From: Candidatus Latescibacterota bacterium
Lineage (GTDB): Bacteria; Latescibacterota; UBA2968; UBA8231
DNA length: 64,000 nucleotides
Assembly: GCA_965248265.1 (NCBI GenBank)
Contig: CBDFJF010000002.1
Coordinates: 3,744,001 to 3,808,000 of the forward strand
Direction: 5' to 3'
Below, piece by piece: positions 9,627 through 19,857 of the stretch (its first letter is position 1; the number at the start of each line of letters is the position of its first letter). Position numbers and translations under genes: made by a program. The notes beneath the pieces were generated by a model, which worked only from the letters and a program-made list of their open reading frames with translations, was not told the DNA's origin and made no database searches.

Positions 9627-10901
9627 TTACATCAGTGTGTTAAACCACTCCTTCATGCGTCCTGTTACGGTCTCCAAACGACTATCCGACATCGCCAATC
9701 GCGAACTCCTGCGAACGGCGAAGGGTGCTCCATTCCCGGCCTCATCGGGCTCGAGAGAATCAGCAGCCAGATGCACCAACCCGACAGCTGTACAGAACTC
9801 GGGACTTACTACCTTTTCGCTTAGTCCCACGACTCCCTCCCCCGGACCACCAACGCGCACGGGCACTCCCAGTGCGCGTTCGGCCAGCTCCGCGCAACCG
9901 GGCATCTGAGCTCCGCCGCCTGTGAGAACGACGCCAGCCCCCAAGGCTGTGCTCCCGCCGCTGGCCTGTATGTGATTGTCTACCTGCAGGAAAATCTCCT
10001 CCATCCGCGCTTCAATGATCTCGGCGACTTCTCTCTGGAAAACGTGCTCCGGTTCGCGGCCAGCGATGCTCGGCACAGCCAATGTAGCTTCCGCATCGAC
10101 CAACTCGGCAAGCGCGCCGCCGTAGGCGTGCTTGATCTGCTCGGCGGTCGGCCATGAAGTACGCAGGCAAATTGCCATGTCGTTGGTTATGCTCTGTCCC
10201 CCCATGCCAACTACGGCAGTACGACGCACACTTCCTTTTGAGAACAGGGCGACATCGGTCGTGCTGCCGCCGATGTTGACGACGCAGACCCCGAGCTCAC
10301 TCTCCTCGGGATCGAGCGCTGCACGGGCACAGGCCAGTGATTCCAGCATGACGTGATTCACCTCAATCCCGGCGCGCTGAACGCTGCGACATATGTTCTG
10401 CACCGATGTGACGGCAGCAGTTACGATGTGAACGCTGGCTTCGAGGCGAACGCCGCTCATACCAACGGGGTCCCGGATCCCCTCCAATTCATCGACGGCG
10501 AATTCTTGCGGAGTTACGTGGAGCACTTCGCGGTCGAAGGGAATCGCCACCGTTCGCGCCGCAACCACGACGCGCTCCAGGTCCGCTGACGTGATCTCCT
10601 GCTCCAGTCCTCCGACAGCGATGGCACCACGACTGTCAAGGCTGCGTATGTGGTCACCGGCGACCCCGGTGCAGACGGAGCGAATTTGGAATCCGGACAT
10701 CACAGCCGCCTCTTCAACTGCGGTCGTGATCGATTGCACCGTACGCTCTACATCCACGACGACACCTTTGCGCAGACCGCCCGATGGGGATACTCCGACA
10801 CCGATGATCTTGAGCAGTCCGGCCCGCTCCCGCTGTGCGACGATGGCACGACTCTTGGTCGTACCCAAATCCAACCCGACGACGACATCTGCTTCAACCA
10901 C
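9627..10901 (-). CDS. ftsA: Cell division protein FtsA
   Basis: VGLDLGTTK, GLRKGVVVD, IGGSTTD, VLTGGGA, C-terminal MKEWF amphipathic helix; start reassigned to GTG 10901 (GAGGAG RBS, overlaps the ftsQ stop). Confidence 0.95.
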   Translation of the reverse strand: MVEADVVVGLDLGTTKSRAIVAQRERAGLLKIIGVGVSPSGGLRKGVVVDVERTVQSITTAVEEAAVMSGFQIRSVCTGVAGDHIRSLDSRGAIAVGGLEQEITSADLERVVVAARTVAIPFDREVLHVTPQEFAVDELEGIRDPVGMSGVRLEASVHIVTAAVTSVQNICRSVQRAGIEVNHVMLESLACARAALDPEESELGVCVVNIGGSTTDVALFSKGSVRRTAVVGMGGQSITNDMAICLRTSWPTAEQIKHAYGGALAELVDAEATLAVPSIAGREPEHVFQREVAEIIEARMEEIFLQVDNHIQASGGSTALGAGVVLTGGGAQMPGCAELAERALGVPVRVGGPGEGVVGLSEKVVSPEFCTAVGLVHLAADSLEPDEAGNGAPFAVRRSSRLAMSDSRLETVTGRMKEWFNTLM

Positions 10902-11952
10902 GATGGTCTCCTCGCGCGCTCGCGGAAACGGCCTGAGTTGGCCTGGCCGACTGCTCACCCCGCACCACAGGTGCGTCGCGCACCGCAGGTGCGTCGTGCA
11001 CCGCAGGTGCGCCCTGAACCTGACGTGGGCTCGACTGATGATGGAGCGTGCCGACAATCAGCTGGTTGACAAATCGCAGATCGACATATGCCGGGTTAGC
11101 GACATCTCTGTAAACGGTTGGCAGTACTCGGGTCAATACGTGCAGCTGCTCGCCCAGGTCCTGCCCCTGAATCGGCAAGCGAATTTCCAGATCATCACCT
11201 CCAAGAACCACACTCAACGCGTCCTTTCCGAATGGCCGTAACTCAGAAATCTGACTGCTGAAGCCCGCGTTCTCCTGACGAGCCAGACCCCACCAGCCGA
11301 GAATAGCACCAAGCGTCGAGTCCCCTACCGCTTCCCCGGCCATCATCGTCTGAGCTACGTCTGCCTGCGTCTTCTTCCATTTTTCGAGTTGAAGATCCTT
11401 GATTACCGGAAGATCCAGGTCGGTGGACGTCTCCGAAGACAGCGCCTGCTCGGGTAGCAACACGCCGTGCTCATCCACGCCAAATATCCTGTCGCCGATC
11501 TCAACCCAGGCGTGCCGCCGGCGCTCGTCTACCCAAACCACCAGCCTGTCCGGCGGCTTGCGCTCCACGCGAACTGACCGCACCCATACCAGACTCTCCT
11601 CCAAACGCACGGCCACGGAATCCAGATCGACAGCGAAGATATTGTCTCCGACGGAGAGCCCACTGGCCCTGAGCACCTCATCGCCACCGAGCATCCGGAT
11701 ACCGCGTACTTCAAGAGCGACAAGGGCGAAACGCTCAGCGCTCTTCATCTGCGACATTGTTTCGACCCAACCTGCGTAGACCAGGGCCGCGACGAACACG
11801 AACAGACATGCCATGTAGGTCCGCCTGCTGCTGTCGCCAACCGGAGCAGGCATGGCAGCTGCGTCTCTATCGACCTGTCGTGCCCTCGGCCGCGGCCGTC
11901 CGCCAGCGACGGTTTTTCGGCGCAGCACAATATTGAGCAGGCCCGATATCAA
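10894..11952 (-). CDS. ftsQ: Cell division protein FtsQ/DivIB
   Basis: Single TM, POTRA (LEVRGIRML...NIFAVDL...WVRSVRVERKPPDRLVVWVDER), YVDLRF; located between murC and ftsA. Confidence 0.88.
   Translation of the reverse strand: MISGLLNIVLRRKTVAGGRPRPRARQVDRDAAAMPAPVGDSSRRTYMACLFVFVAALVYAGWVETMSQMKSAERFALVALEVRGIRMLGGDEVLRASGLSVGDNIFAVDLDSVAVRLEESLVWVRSVRVERKPPDRLVVWVDERRRHAWVEIGDRIFGVDEHGVLLPEQALSSETSTDLDLPVIKDLQLEKWKKTQADVAQTMMAGEAVGDSTLGAILGWWGLARQENAGFSSQISELRPFGKDALSVVLGGDDLEIRLPIQGQDLGEQLHVLTRVLPTVYRDVANPAYVDLRFVNQLIVGTLHHQSSPRQVQGAPAVHDAPAVRDAPVVRGEQSARPTQAVSASARGDHRG
10961..11014. repeat. 3 x 18-bp tandem repeat in the ftsQ 3' end
   Basis: cgcaccacaggtgcgtcg / cgcaccgcaggtgcgtcg / tgcaccgcaggtgcgccc; encodes APAVHD-APAVRD-APVVRG. 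Confidence 0.9.
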
Positions 11953-13430
11953 CTCGACCTGCCCATACCCATAAAATCGTCGGCTAGTGAGCCGATATCA
12001 CCCGCACCCATCGTGAGCACGAGATCACCGGAACGGCTGACCTGGGACATACGCGAGAGCAGGTCAGCCCGCTCGGCAACGAACTCAACAGCGTCGAAGC
12101 CGCCGGCCCGCATCGACTCCTCTATGACGTGCGAGTCGAGGCCATCGGCCAAGGTCTCACGGGAACCGTAGACGGGTGCCAACAACACGATGTCGCTGGC
12201 TCGCAGAGCGTCTGCGAACGCTTCGTGAAAATCGCGGGTACGCGAATACAGATGCGGCTGAAACACGGCCACGATGCGGCGCCCGAGTGCGGCGACCGAT
12301 TCGAGCGCTGCCCGGATTTCGGTAGGGTGATGAGCGTAATCGTCCATCACCAGCACACCTCCGACCTCACCTTTTATTTGCAATCTGCGATCCACACCAT
12401 TGAACTGACTGAGGCCCCGGCGGATGGCCTCGAATGGCGTATCGATGGAATCTGCTGTCGCCGCCACGCCTGTGGCATTCATAACATTGTGTAGACCAGG
12501 CACGCTGAGGACAAGGGTACCCAAGCTCTCCCGCTCACGACGCAGGACGAACGTCGACCCGCTCGCGTGCAAATCGATCGCGTCGGCCCAGTAGTCATTG
12601 TGCTCACGACATCCAAAGCGCAAAGCCTTCACCTCGGAGGCCGATGATGCAACGATGCGCTCAACTCCGGGATCATCTCCGTTGACGACGACGTGGCGGG
12701 CTGTGTTCGCGATGAATTGACCGAACGCGGCATCGAGCGAATCGACGTCGGCATAGGTATCGAGATGCTCGGGCTCGACGTTGTTCACCAGGGCCACCTC
12801 GGGCTTGATGTGTAGAAAGCTTCGGTCAAATTCATCCGCCTCGGTGACAAAAAACCGGCCCGATCCCAATCGCGCCTGTATCCGCCCCGCGATCGCTCCT
12901 CCGATAAGCATGGAGGGATTGCTACCCCCCTCGGTCAGCACGGCAGCCAGCATGCTGGCTGAGGTCGTCTTGCCGTGTGTTCCGGCGATGGCGATGGCGG
13001 CGAACCCCCGTAGCAGGCTTCCCACCGCCTGAGCCCGACCCATGCATTCGACACCCAATCGTCCAGCCTCAATTCGTTCATCGTTTTTCTCCGGAATCGC
13101 AGCCGAGTAGATGACCAGGTCGGTGCCATGGACGTTTGCCGCCGAGTGCCCACACCGTGCCACGATCCCTTCCCTTCTCAAGGCCTCCAGAACCACCGAG
13201 TCGTCGCGATCCGACCCCGAGACTGTGCATCCCAGCTGGAGCAGAATGCGCGCCAACCCCTCCATGCCGGCCCCACCGATACCGACCATGTGTACTCGGC
13301 TGTACCGACTGAAAAACTCGACCCCCGCCTCCCGGCGGGACCCCGCCTTGGCGGATCCCGCTGTGACGGACCCTGTTCGATCGGACTCGTCCCCTGCTCT
13401 GCTCCCTGCCATCGGAGACGCAGACGTCAC
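11949..13430 (-). CDS. murC: UDP-N-acetylmuramate--L-alanine ligase
   Basis: VGIGGAGM, GTHGKTTS, EADEFDRSFL, DDYAHHPTE, FQPHLYSRT, MGAGDI. Confidence 0.96.
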   Translation of the reverse strand: MTSASPMAGSRAGDESDRTGSVTAGSAKAGSRREAGVEFFSRYSRVHMVGIGGAGMEGLARILLQLGCTVSGSDRDDSVVLEALRREGIVARCGHSAANVHGTDLVIYSAAIPEKNDERIEAGRLGVECMGRAQAVGSLLRGFAAIAIAGTHGKTTSASMLAAVLTEGGSNPSMLIGGAIAGRIQARLGSGRFFVTEADEFDRSFLHIKPEVALVNNVEPEHLDTYADVDSLDAAFGQFIANTARHVVVNGDDPGVERIVASSASEVKALRFGCREHNDYWADAIDLHASGSTFVLRRERESLGTLVLSVPGLHNVMNATGVAATADSIDTPFEAIRRGLSQFNGVDRRLQIKGEVGGVLVMDDYAHHPTEIRAALESVAALGRRIVAVFQPHLYSRTRDFHEAFADALRASDIVLLAPVYGSRETLADGLDSHVIEESMRAGGFDAVEFVAERADLLSRMSQVSRSGDLVLTMGAGDIGSLADDFMGMGRSS

Positions 13431-14648
13431 TCAACTCTGCTGCCGTCGCCACCGGGCCGCAGGTGCAGTCACATGAACCAGATTCGCTGTCGCGCCGGGG
13501 CTCCGGACTGGTTGATTGGAACGGGAGCTCTGCCTGGCCACAGCGGCGAGAATGCCAATCCCGCACAGATTCCACACCAGCGACGATCCGCCGTAACTGA
13601 CGAATGGCAGCGGCAAACCGGTCGTCGGCAGCATGCCCGTGGCCACACCGATGTTCAGGACTGCATAGATGGAAATCATGAAGGTCATTCCGGCCGCCAC
13701 CAGGAATCCGAAATGCGTCGTCGCACCCCGAGCGATCCGATATCCATGGATGGCCAGCGCCACGAACAAACCGATGATGCTGAGGCAACCCGCGAGTCCC
13801 AGTTCCTCACCCACGAAGGCAAAGACAAAATCAGTATGGGCCTCGGGGAGAAAGTGCTTTTGGACGCTGCTGCCCAGACCGACACCGAACAACCCGCCAC
13901 TACCCAAAGCCGTCAAAGACTGGGTTATTTGATACCCAGCGCCTCGTGGGTCGGCGCCCACAAAAAAGCTGACTACGCGCTGCATCTGATAGGGTGAGCT
14001 GTACACGGACGCGGCGACAACTGGTGCCGCTAGTGCGATCGTCGCGATCAAATGGACGGTGCGTGCCCCGCCAATCCATAACATGGCACCAGCGATGATG
14101 CTGACGGCCAAACAGGTTCCCAGGTCTGGCTGCAGCAAAATGAGCACCTGCACTCCGCCGATGACGAGAATTCGCGGCATGACCCCTTGCCACCAATGCC
14201 CCATGTCCCGCTCCTTGCGAACCAGCACGTCAGCCAAGTACAGAACCAGCACCAGCTTCACGAACTCGGACGGTTGAAAAGAAACGGAGGACATAAACGA
14301 GGGCATGGGAAACGGCAACCAACGCTGGGCACTGCGACCATGACCCATGCCCAAAACCATTACCAGAAAAGTGATACCAACGACGAGAAGAGGAAGAGCG
14401 GCTCGCTGCCAGAAATCGAGAGGCAAGCGTGACAGTACGAGCATGATCACGACGCCGAATGCGGCGCGAACTAGCTGGCGCTCGAGGAAGAATCCGCTGT
14501 CGTCGAAATGTGTATCCGCGAACGCCGAGCTGGAGCTGTACACCATGACGACCCCGAGGCCGACGAGGATCGAGGCGATCAGCAACACCTGACGGGCATC
14601 ACCCTGTGCCTGCTCCGATGGAGACGTCGATGGAGACAATGTTCGCAT
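13431..14648 (-). CDS. ftsW: SEDS peptidoglycan polymerase FtsW
   Basis: GVVMVYSSS, FQPSEFVK, QPDLGT, LPEAHTDF, PTTGLPLPFVSYGGSS; start at ATG 14648. Confidence 0.95.
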   Translation of the reverse strand: MRTLSPSTSPSEQAQGDARQVLLIASILVGLGVVMVYSSSSAFADTHFDDSGFFLERQLVRAAFGVVIMLVLSRLPLDFWQRAALPLLVVGITFLVMVLGMGHGRSAQRWLPFPMPSFMSSVSFQPSEFVKLVLVLYLADVLVRKERDMGHWWQGVMPRILVIGGVQVLILLQPDLGTCLAVSIIAGAMLWIGGARTVHLIATIALAAPVVAASVYSSPYQMQRVVSFFVGADPRGAGYQITQSLTALGSGGLFGVGLGSSVQKHFLPEAHTDFVFAFVGEELGLAGCLSIIGLFVALAIHGYRIARGATTHFGFLVAAGMTFMISIYAVLNIGVATGMLPTTGLPLPFVSYGGSSLVWNLCGIGILAAVARQSSRSNQPVRSPGATANLVHVTAPAARWRRQQS

Positions 14649-14672
14649 GTTTATACCGAAGTTTATACCGAA
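14649..14672. repeat. 2 x 12-bp perfect tandem repeat immediately upstream of ftsW
   Basis: gtttataccgaa gtttataccgaa. Confidence 0.85.
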
Positions 14673-14872
14673 TCGATGGATCCGCTCCGTCGTGAACTCG
14701 CCCCATAGGTCAGGGTCGAAACCCTTGGCGACTCTTTCGACTGCGCAAATAGGGGTGAAACGGGAGAGGAAAAGAGGGCTTGACGAACGAGCAACACCGG
14801 ACCTGACCGGGGGCAGTCGGGATCGGTGAAATACCCTCAACGGAAGCCATTACCTTGAGCGGCCTCCGTGAT

Positions 14873-16285
14873 TTACAGGACGCGGTCTACAATCTCCTCC
14901 AGCTCGACACCTCGAGATCCCTTTATCAAGACGATATCACCACGCTTTGTGAATGATTCCATGAAGTCACCCAGCGGTGCCTTGTCTTCAAAATGCAAGA
15001 CTCGATCCGCATCGAACCCGTCCGCGATGGCACCTGCGACTGTGTGCTTTCCCAAAGGGCCAAGAACCACGAGTTGATCGACCCGGCTTGAGGCGATCAA
15101 CCGGCCGATCTCCGCGTGCAATTGAGGCGCTTGTTCGCCGAGCTCCAACATGTCTCCGAGCACGGCAATCCTGCGCCCTTCGACCTCGATTGTGGCCAAA
15201 ACGTCCAACGCCGCCCGCACAGACGCCGGGTTGGCATTATAACAATCATTGATAACACAAATACCGTTTTTTCGCAAGATTTCGGAGCGCATATCGACGG
15301 CTCTGAAATCACTCAGCGACGCGCAAATCTCGCCAACGGACACACCGCAGGAAAAACCGGCGGCAGCGGCGGCGAGCGCGTTGTAGACGTTGTGTTTACC
15401 CGGGAGCTTCAGATGAACTGGATGATGCTGTAGAGAGAAGTGGCCGCAGCCCTCCTGGTCGAGAGCAAGCCCCTCCCCACTGATGTGACTCCCACGTTCG
15501 AGACCGAAGCCAAGGAGTCTCCCCTTTGTCCTCATTGCCTCCTTGGCTACGACACAGTCATCGACGTTTACGAGAGCCACCGAAGACTCACCCCCGACAT
15601 AATCCAGGAGCTCCCCTTTGGCTTTGGCCACTCTCTCTACAGATTCAAAGAACTCGAGGTGGGCGGTGCCTACGTTCAGGAACAGCCCGATGGTCGGTCG
15701 CGCAATCTCGCACAGATAGCGAATATCGCCCATCCTACGCGCCGCCATTTCGACGACGGCCACCTCATGCTGCGCCGTCAGTCTCAGTAACGCTTTAGGA
15801 ACACCGATTTCGTTGTTCTCGGTGCCTTCCGTCTTGAGCACCTTGTATCGCGTGCTCAAAACGGCCGCGGTCATTTCCTTCGTCGTCGTCTTTCCCGCAC
15901 TGCCTACTATGGCAATGATCGGAATATCAAACTGCTGCCGATATCCACCGGCCAGATCACCGAAAGCCCGCAGGGTGTCGTCGACGAGCAACAGCGATCT
16001 CTGATCCCATTGACTACCGACCTGGCTGGAGCCCCAGTTTCGCTCTACAACGGCGGCTATGGCTCCACGCTGGAAGGCCTCATCGACGAAATCATGACCA
16101 TCGAAGGTTGCCCCGTCTCTGGGAACATCGCCCCCGCCACCAGGGCCGAGAGCAACAAACACCGCCCCCGACTTGATCGATCGTGTGTCGGTCGAGATCT
16201 CCTCGACCACGTTCGGTTCATATCCCTCACCCCTCCAAACCCCACCTGACCAGTGCTCGAGTTGCTCGAGCGTCATTCCATGCAC
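14873..16285 (-). CDS. murF: UDP-MurNAc-tripeptide--D-Ala-D-Ala ligase
   Basis: ISTDTR, FDGHDF, GSAGKTTTKEM, NNEIGVP, DCYNANP, LGDMLELG, KGSRG. Confidence 0.96.
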   Translation of the reverse strand: MHGMTLEQLEHWSGGVWRGEGYEPNVVEEISTDTRSIKSGAVFVALGPGGGGDVPRDGATFDGHDFVDEAFQRGAIAAVVERNWGSSQVGSQWDQRSLLLVDDTLRAFGDLAGGYRQQFDIPIIAIVGSAGKTTTKEMTAAVLSTRYKVLKTEGTENNEIGVPKALLRLTAQHEVAVVEMAARRMGDIRYLCEIARPTIGLFLNVGTAHLEFFESVERVAKAKGELLDYVGGESSVALVNVDDCVVAKEAMRTKGRLLGFGLERGSHISGEGLALDQEGCGHFSLQHHPVHLKLPGKHNVYNALAAAAAGFSCGVSVGEICASLSDFRAVDMRSEILRKNGICVINDCYNANPASVRAALDVLATIEVEGRRIAVLGDMLELGEQAPQLHAEIGRLIASSRVDQLVVLGPLGKHTVAGAIADGFDADRVLHFEDKAPLGDFMESFTKRGDIVLIKGSRGVELEEIVDRVL

Positions 16286-16320
16286 GTATCCGATTCCCTG
16301 TGCGCGTGCCGCAGCACCAA

Positions 16321-17814
16321 CTACCGTGTCTCCGCTATCTCGCGCAAGGTCTCGCGAGCCACAACCCGGTCGTCAAAGTCGATGACCTCGTCAGCCAGGA
16401 TCTGATACTCTTCATCCCCTTTTCCGGCCAGCACCACAACATCACCATCCTCCGCAGCTCGCAGCGCCTGTGCGATCGCCATACGGCGATCTGCCTGTAT
16501 CTCGACGCCGGCCGAACTCGCCATTCCGGCTACTATGTCTTCTATGATCTTTTCGGGTAGTTCACTTCGCGGATTGTCCGAAGTGATGAACACGAGGTCG
16601 GCGAGATTCTCAGCCGCCTGCCCCATCAGCGCCCGCTTGCCGCGATCGCGATCGCCACCGCAACCGAACAAGCAGATGAGCCTTTTCTTCGACAACTCCC
16701 GGGCCGAATGAAGAATATTCTCAAGGCCCACGGGAGTATGAGCGTAGTCGACGATCACCTCGAACGACTGTCCTTCGTCGACCCGTTCGAATCGCCCCGG
16801 CACCCCGGCCACAGCCGCTATCCCTTGAACGATAGCTTCTTCCTCCACATCAAGCGCCAGTCCACACGCTACAGCTGCCATTACATTAGAGCAATTGAAT
16901 CGCCCCGTCAACCGGGAATGGACCGCCAATGGACCCCGTGGAGTGTCGAATTGGAGGGTACTGTTCTTGGCTCCAATTTCACCTCCGACCCAGGCAACAT
17001 CGGCATCCGTCACGGAGCCATAGGTCAACGCCTGCCCTCCCAAACGTTCGGCCAACACGCGTCCCGCCACATCGTCAATGTTGATCGCGCATGCCGGCCT
17101 GTCCGAATCCCTCACCTGCTCAAAAAGACGGGCTTTGCTTTTAAAATAGGCCTCTTCCGTTCCATGAAAATCTAGATGATCTCGGGTTAAGTTAGTGAAA
17201 ACAGCGGCATCGAATTCGATTCCCACCACGCGATTCAACGCCAGCGCATGGGAGGAGACTTCCATGACGACGGCATCGCCGCCGTTGGCGTCGATGCTGT
17301 GCAGGTGCCGATGCAGATCACTGGCTTCAGGTGTCGTGTTGGACATTTCAATCCATTGCCCATGTTGATCCTGAGCGCCCAAGGTGCCAAGATACCCACA
17401 GAAGCGCCCAGCTGCCTGCAGAATCTCACGCACAAGAAGGGCTGTCGTGGTCTTTCCGTTCGTGCCGGTCAATCCGACCATGCTCAGAGCGTTTGCAGGA
17501 TAGCCGTAAAACCTGGCGGCGAGTCGGGCCAACGCGATTCGACAGTCACCAACCACCACGCGAGCGGCCGTCCGCGTCTGCACGGATTCGTCCTCGATCA
17601 CGACGGCTCGCGCACCGCGCACCTCGGCGTCCGAGACAAACTGGTGTCTGTCGGCTTCTTCACCCCCCCGTATGGCGACGAACAGGTCCCCTTCGCCCAC
17701 TCTGCGCGAGTCACACTCTATTCCTGACACAATTTGGTCCTCGCTGCCGTAGACGACAGCTTCCGGCAAATCTACCAGCAATTTCCGCAAAGACATATCG
17801 GACGTCTTATCCAC
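16321..17814 (-). CDS. murE: UDP-MurNAc-L-Ala-D-Glu--meso-DAP ligase
   Basis: TGTNGKTT, MEVSSH, NLTRDHLDFH, DYAHTP, GCGGDRD, DNPR (meso-DAP type). Confidence 0.96.
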   Translation of the reverse strand: MDKTSDMSLRKLLVDLPEAVVYGSEDQIVSGIECDSRRVGEGDLFVAIRGGEEADRHQFVSDAEVRGARAVVIEDESVQTRTAARVVVGDCRIALARLAARFYGYPANALSMVGLTGTNGKTTTALLVREILQAAGRFCGYLGTLGAQDQHGQWIEMSNTTPEASDLHRHLHSIDANGGDAVVMEVSSHALALNRVVGIEFDAAVFTNLTRDHLDFHGTEEAYFKSKARLFEQVRDSDRPACAINIDDVAGRVLAERLGGQALTYGSVTDADVAWVGGEIGAKNSTLQFDTPRGPLAVHSRLTGRFNCSNVMAAVACGLALDVEEEAIVQGIAAVAGVPGRFERVDEGQSFEVIVDYAHTPVGLENILHSARELSKKRLICLFGCGGDRDRGKRALMGQAAENLADLVFITSDNPRSELPEKIIEDIVAGMASSAGVEIQADRRMAIAQALRAAEDGDVVVLAGKGDEEYQILADEVIDFDDRVVARETLREIAETR

Positions 17815-17826
17815 GAGCCTTCGAGA

Positions 17827-19857
17827 TCAATGCAACGCGGCCAGCATTGGCCGTCTCAGCTTCCGCAAGAGAACCGCCTGCCTCAACGGCGTCGGCAGGA
17901 CCCCCGACAGAGCTACATTCTCGGCGGAGCCGAGCTGGCAATGAACAGCACCTTCGGCGCTGTTAACGCGATCCCCAGGTAACGGAACCTGATCGACGAC
18001 GAGCCCTCCCGACCCTGAAAACTGCACTCGGAGACCGCGCAAGCGTCCGCAATTCACGGCCGCCAATGGGCTCATGCCACGAAAATCGGGAGCCGCGGAA
18101 CCAGATTGTCCTGCTCCGTCAACCGCCACGGATGCGGATCCGATTGTATGATGGACTGGCCGCAACGGCGAATCTGTCAGTGCGGCCAGCCGCTCCATGA
18201 CGCGCTTGAACACCGGCGCCGCCACCTCACCTCCCCACTTTACTCCGCTCGGATTCTCGACGACGATGGCGCACAGAAGAACAGGTTTGTCAGCCGGTGC
18301 AAACCCAATGAAGGAGGCTATATTTTCGTCGGCGGCGTAACCGCTACCGTCGGCACGAGCGCGCTGGGCAGTCCCTGTCTTGCCAGCAACGTCCAGCCCG
18401 AACAAAGCGGCTTTCTTACCCGTACCTGCCCGTACTGCCGCGGCCAGGATCGACCTCATCTGGGCCGACGTTTGCTCAGAAATAACACGGCGAACAACCA
18501 GCGGTTCGTCGGCGACGCCCCGCTTCTCGATGTTCGGTGTCATCAGCAGGCCGCCGTTGGCGATGGCACCGAAGGCCTGCGCCATCTGCAGCAACGTGAC
18601 GGACAGCTCCTGACCGATCGCCAGCGTCTCGAGTGATCGCTCCGACCAGGTGCTGGTGCCGCGCAGCAGTCCGGTGCTCTCGGCCGGCAGGCCGATTCCC
18701 GTTCGCGTACCGAATCCGAATCGTCGGATGTACTCATAAAAGTCGCGCTTCTCCATTCGCCGCACGAGCTTGATTGCTCCGATATTGCTCGACTTCTCTA
18801 CCACCTCGGCCATCGTCAGGATGCCGTGGGGCGACACGTCCCTGATGGTGTCGTTGTTGACGAGAACCAGCGCCCCATTCTCACAGAAGACGGGGGTCTG
18901 CGCCTTGGCCAACCCTTCCTCCATGACAGCCGCCAGGGAGACCGCTTTGAACGTGGAGCCTGGTTCGAATGAGTCGGTTACCGGGCGATTTCGTCGCATG
19001 GCCGCCGGAGCCATGCCGGGATTGTTCGGATCGAACAACGGCACACTTGCCATGGCCAGGATATCCCCGGTGCGCGGGTCTGAGACGATTCCCAACCCAC
19101 TCTCAGCTCCCGTGCGCTTGATGGCGGCGACCAATTCCTCTTCCAGGACTCCCTGGTACATCGCATCAATCGTGAGCTGGAGATCTCCTCCGTCCTCAGC
19201 CTTGGCCTGCTCCGCGGTACGGTGTGGCAACGGAGCGCCATGTGCGTCGACGAACACGTGTGATTTTCCTCGGCGACCCTTCAACAGCGAGTCGTAGGCC
19301 TGTTCGACGCCTTCCCTACCGCGATTGTCGACATTGGTGAACCCAAGGAGTTGGCCCGCGAGGTGCCGCAGGGGGTAGTAGCGTGCGGTCTCCTCTTGCT
19401 CGCGCACCCCCTTAAATCCCCGCTTCCGAATCTGGGCGGCAGCGTCGTCTTCTACCTGTCGAGCCAAGTACACGAACGACCGCGACGAGTCCTCCAGACG
19501 CTGTTGCAGAGACGATGCATCGCGGCCATCCAATCGGGAGAAAAAGGCAGCGACCTCGCGCGGTCGCGCCAAGGTTGCCGGCCGGCAGTAGTACGATGTG
19601 GACGGCACATCCAGCGACAGCTCGCGGCCGGTACGATCCAGTACTCGGCCACGCCTGGCGCCGATCTCGATGACTTGCTCCTGTTGTTCCTTGGCTCGCG
19701 ACGCGTAAAACTCGTGCTGCACACCCTGCACCTGCACCAGACGACCGACGAGAGCCAGCCACACCACGGCACCCATCAGTGCAGCCACACGCAATCGACC
19801 TTGCCTGCGGCCTGCATTGTCCTGAGCTGCTTTCTGTGGCGTCCGCTTAACCATCAT
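17827..19857 (-). CDS. ftsI: Class B penicillin-binding protein (PBP3) with C-terminal PASTA-like domain
   Basis: RGRVLDR, RYYP, GREGVEQ, EPGSTFK (SxxK), SSN, KTGTAQ. Confidence 0.94.
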   Translation of the reverse strand: MMVKRTPQKAAQDNAGRRQGRLRVAALMGAVVWLALVGRLVQVQGVQHEFYASRAKEQQEQVIEIGARRGRVLDRTGRELSLDVPSTSYYCRPATLARPREVAAFFSRLDGRDASSLQQRLEDSSRSFVYLARQVEDDAAAQIRKRGFKGVREQEETARYYPLRHLAGQLLGFTNVDNRGREGVEQAYDSLLKGRRGKSHVFVDAHGAPLPHRTAEQAKAEDGGDLQLTIDAMYQGVLEEELVAAIKRTGAESGLGIVSDPRTGDILAMASVPLFDPNNPGMAPAAMRRNRPVTDSFEPGSTFKAVSLAAVMEEGLAKAQTPVFCENGALVLVNNDTIRDVSPHGILTMAEVVEKSSNIGAIKLVRRMEKRDFYEYIRRFGFGTRTGIGLPAESTGLLRGTSTWSERSLETLAIGQELSVTLLQMAQAFGAIANGGLLMTPNIEKRGVADEPLVVRRVISEQTSAQMRSILAAAVRAGTGKKAALFGLDVAGKTGTAQRARADGSGYAADENIASFIGFAPADKPVLLCAIVVENPSGVKWGGEVAAPVFKRVMERLAALTDSPLRPVHHTIGSASVAVDGAGQSGSAAPDFRGMSPLAAVNCGRLRGLRVQFSGSGGLVVDQVPLPGDRVNSAEGAVHCQLGSAENVALSGVLPTPLRQAVLLRKLRRPMLAALH

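Noticed and set aside
10902-11057. N-terminal extension of FtsA with HLRC repeats
   Set aside because: It is an alternative-frame reading of the ftsQ tandem repeat; the RBS supports GTG 10901.
14710-14850. 46-codon ORF as a remnant of mraY or murD
   Set aside because: No MraY or MurD motif recognisable in the frames I read; coding status unsupported.
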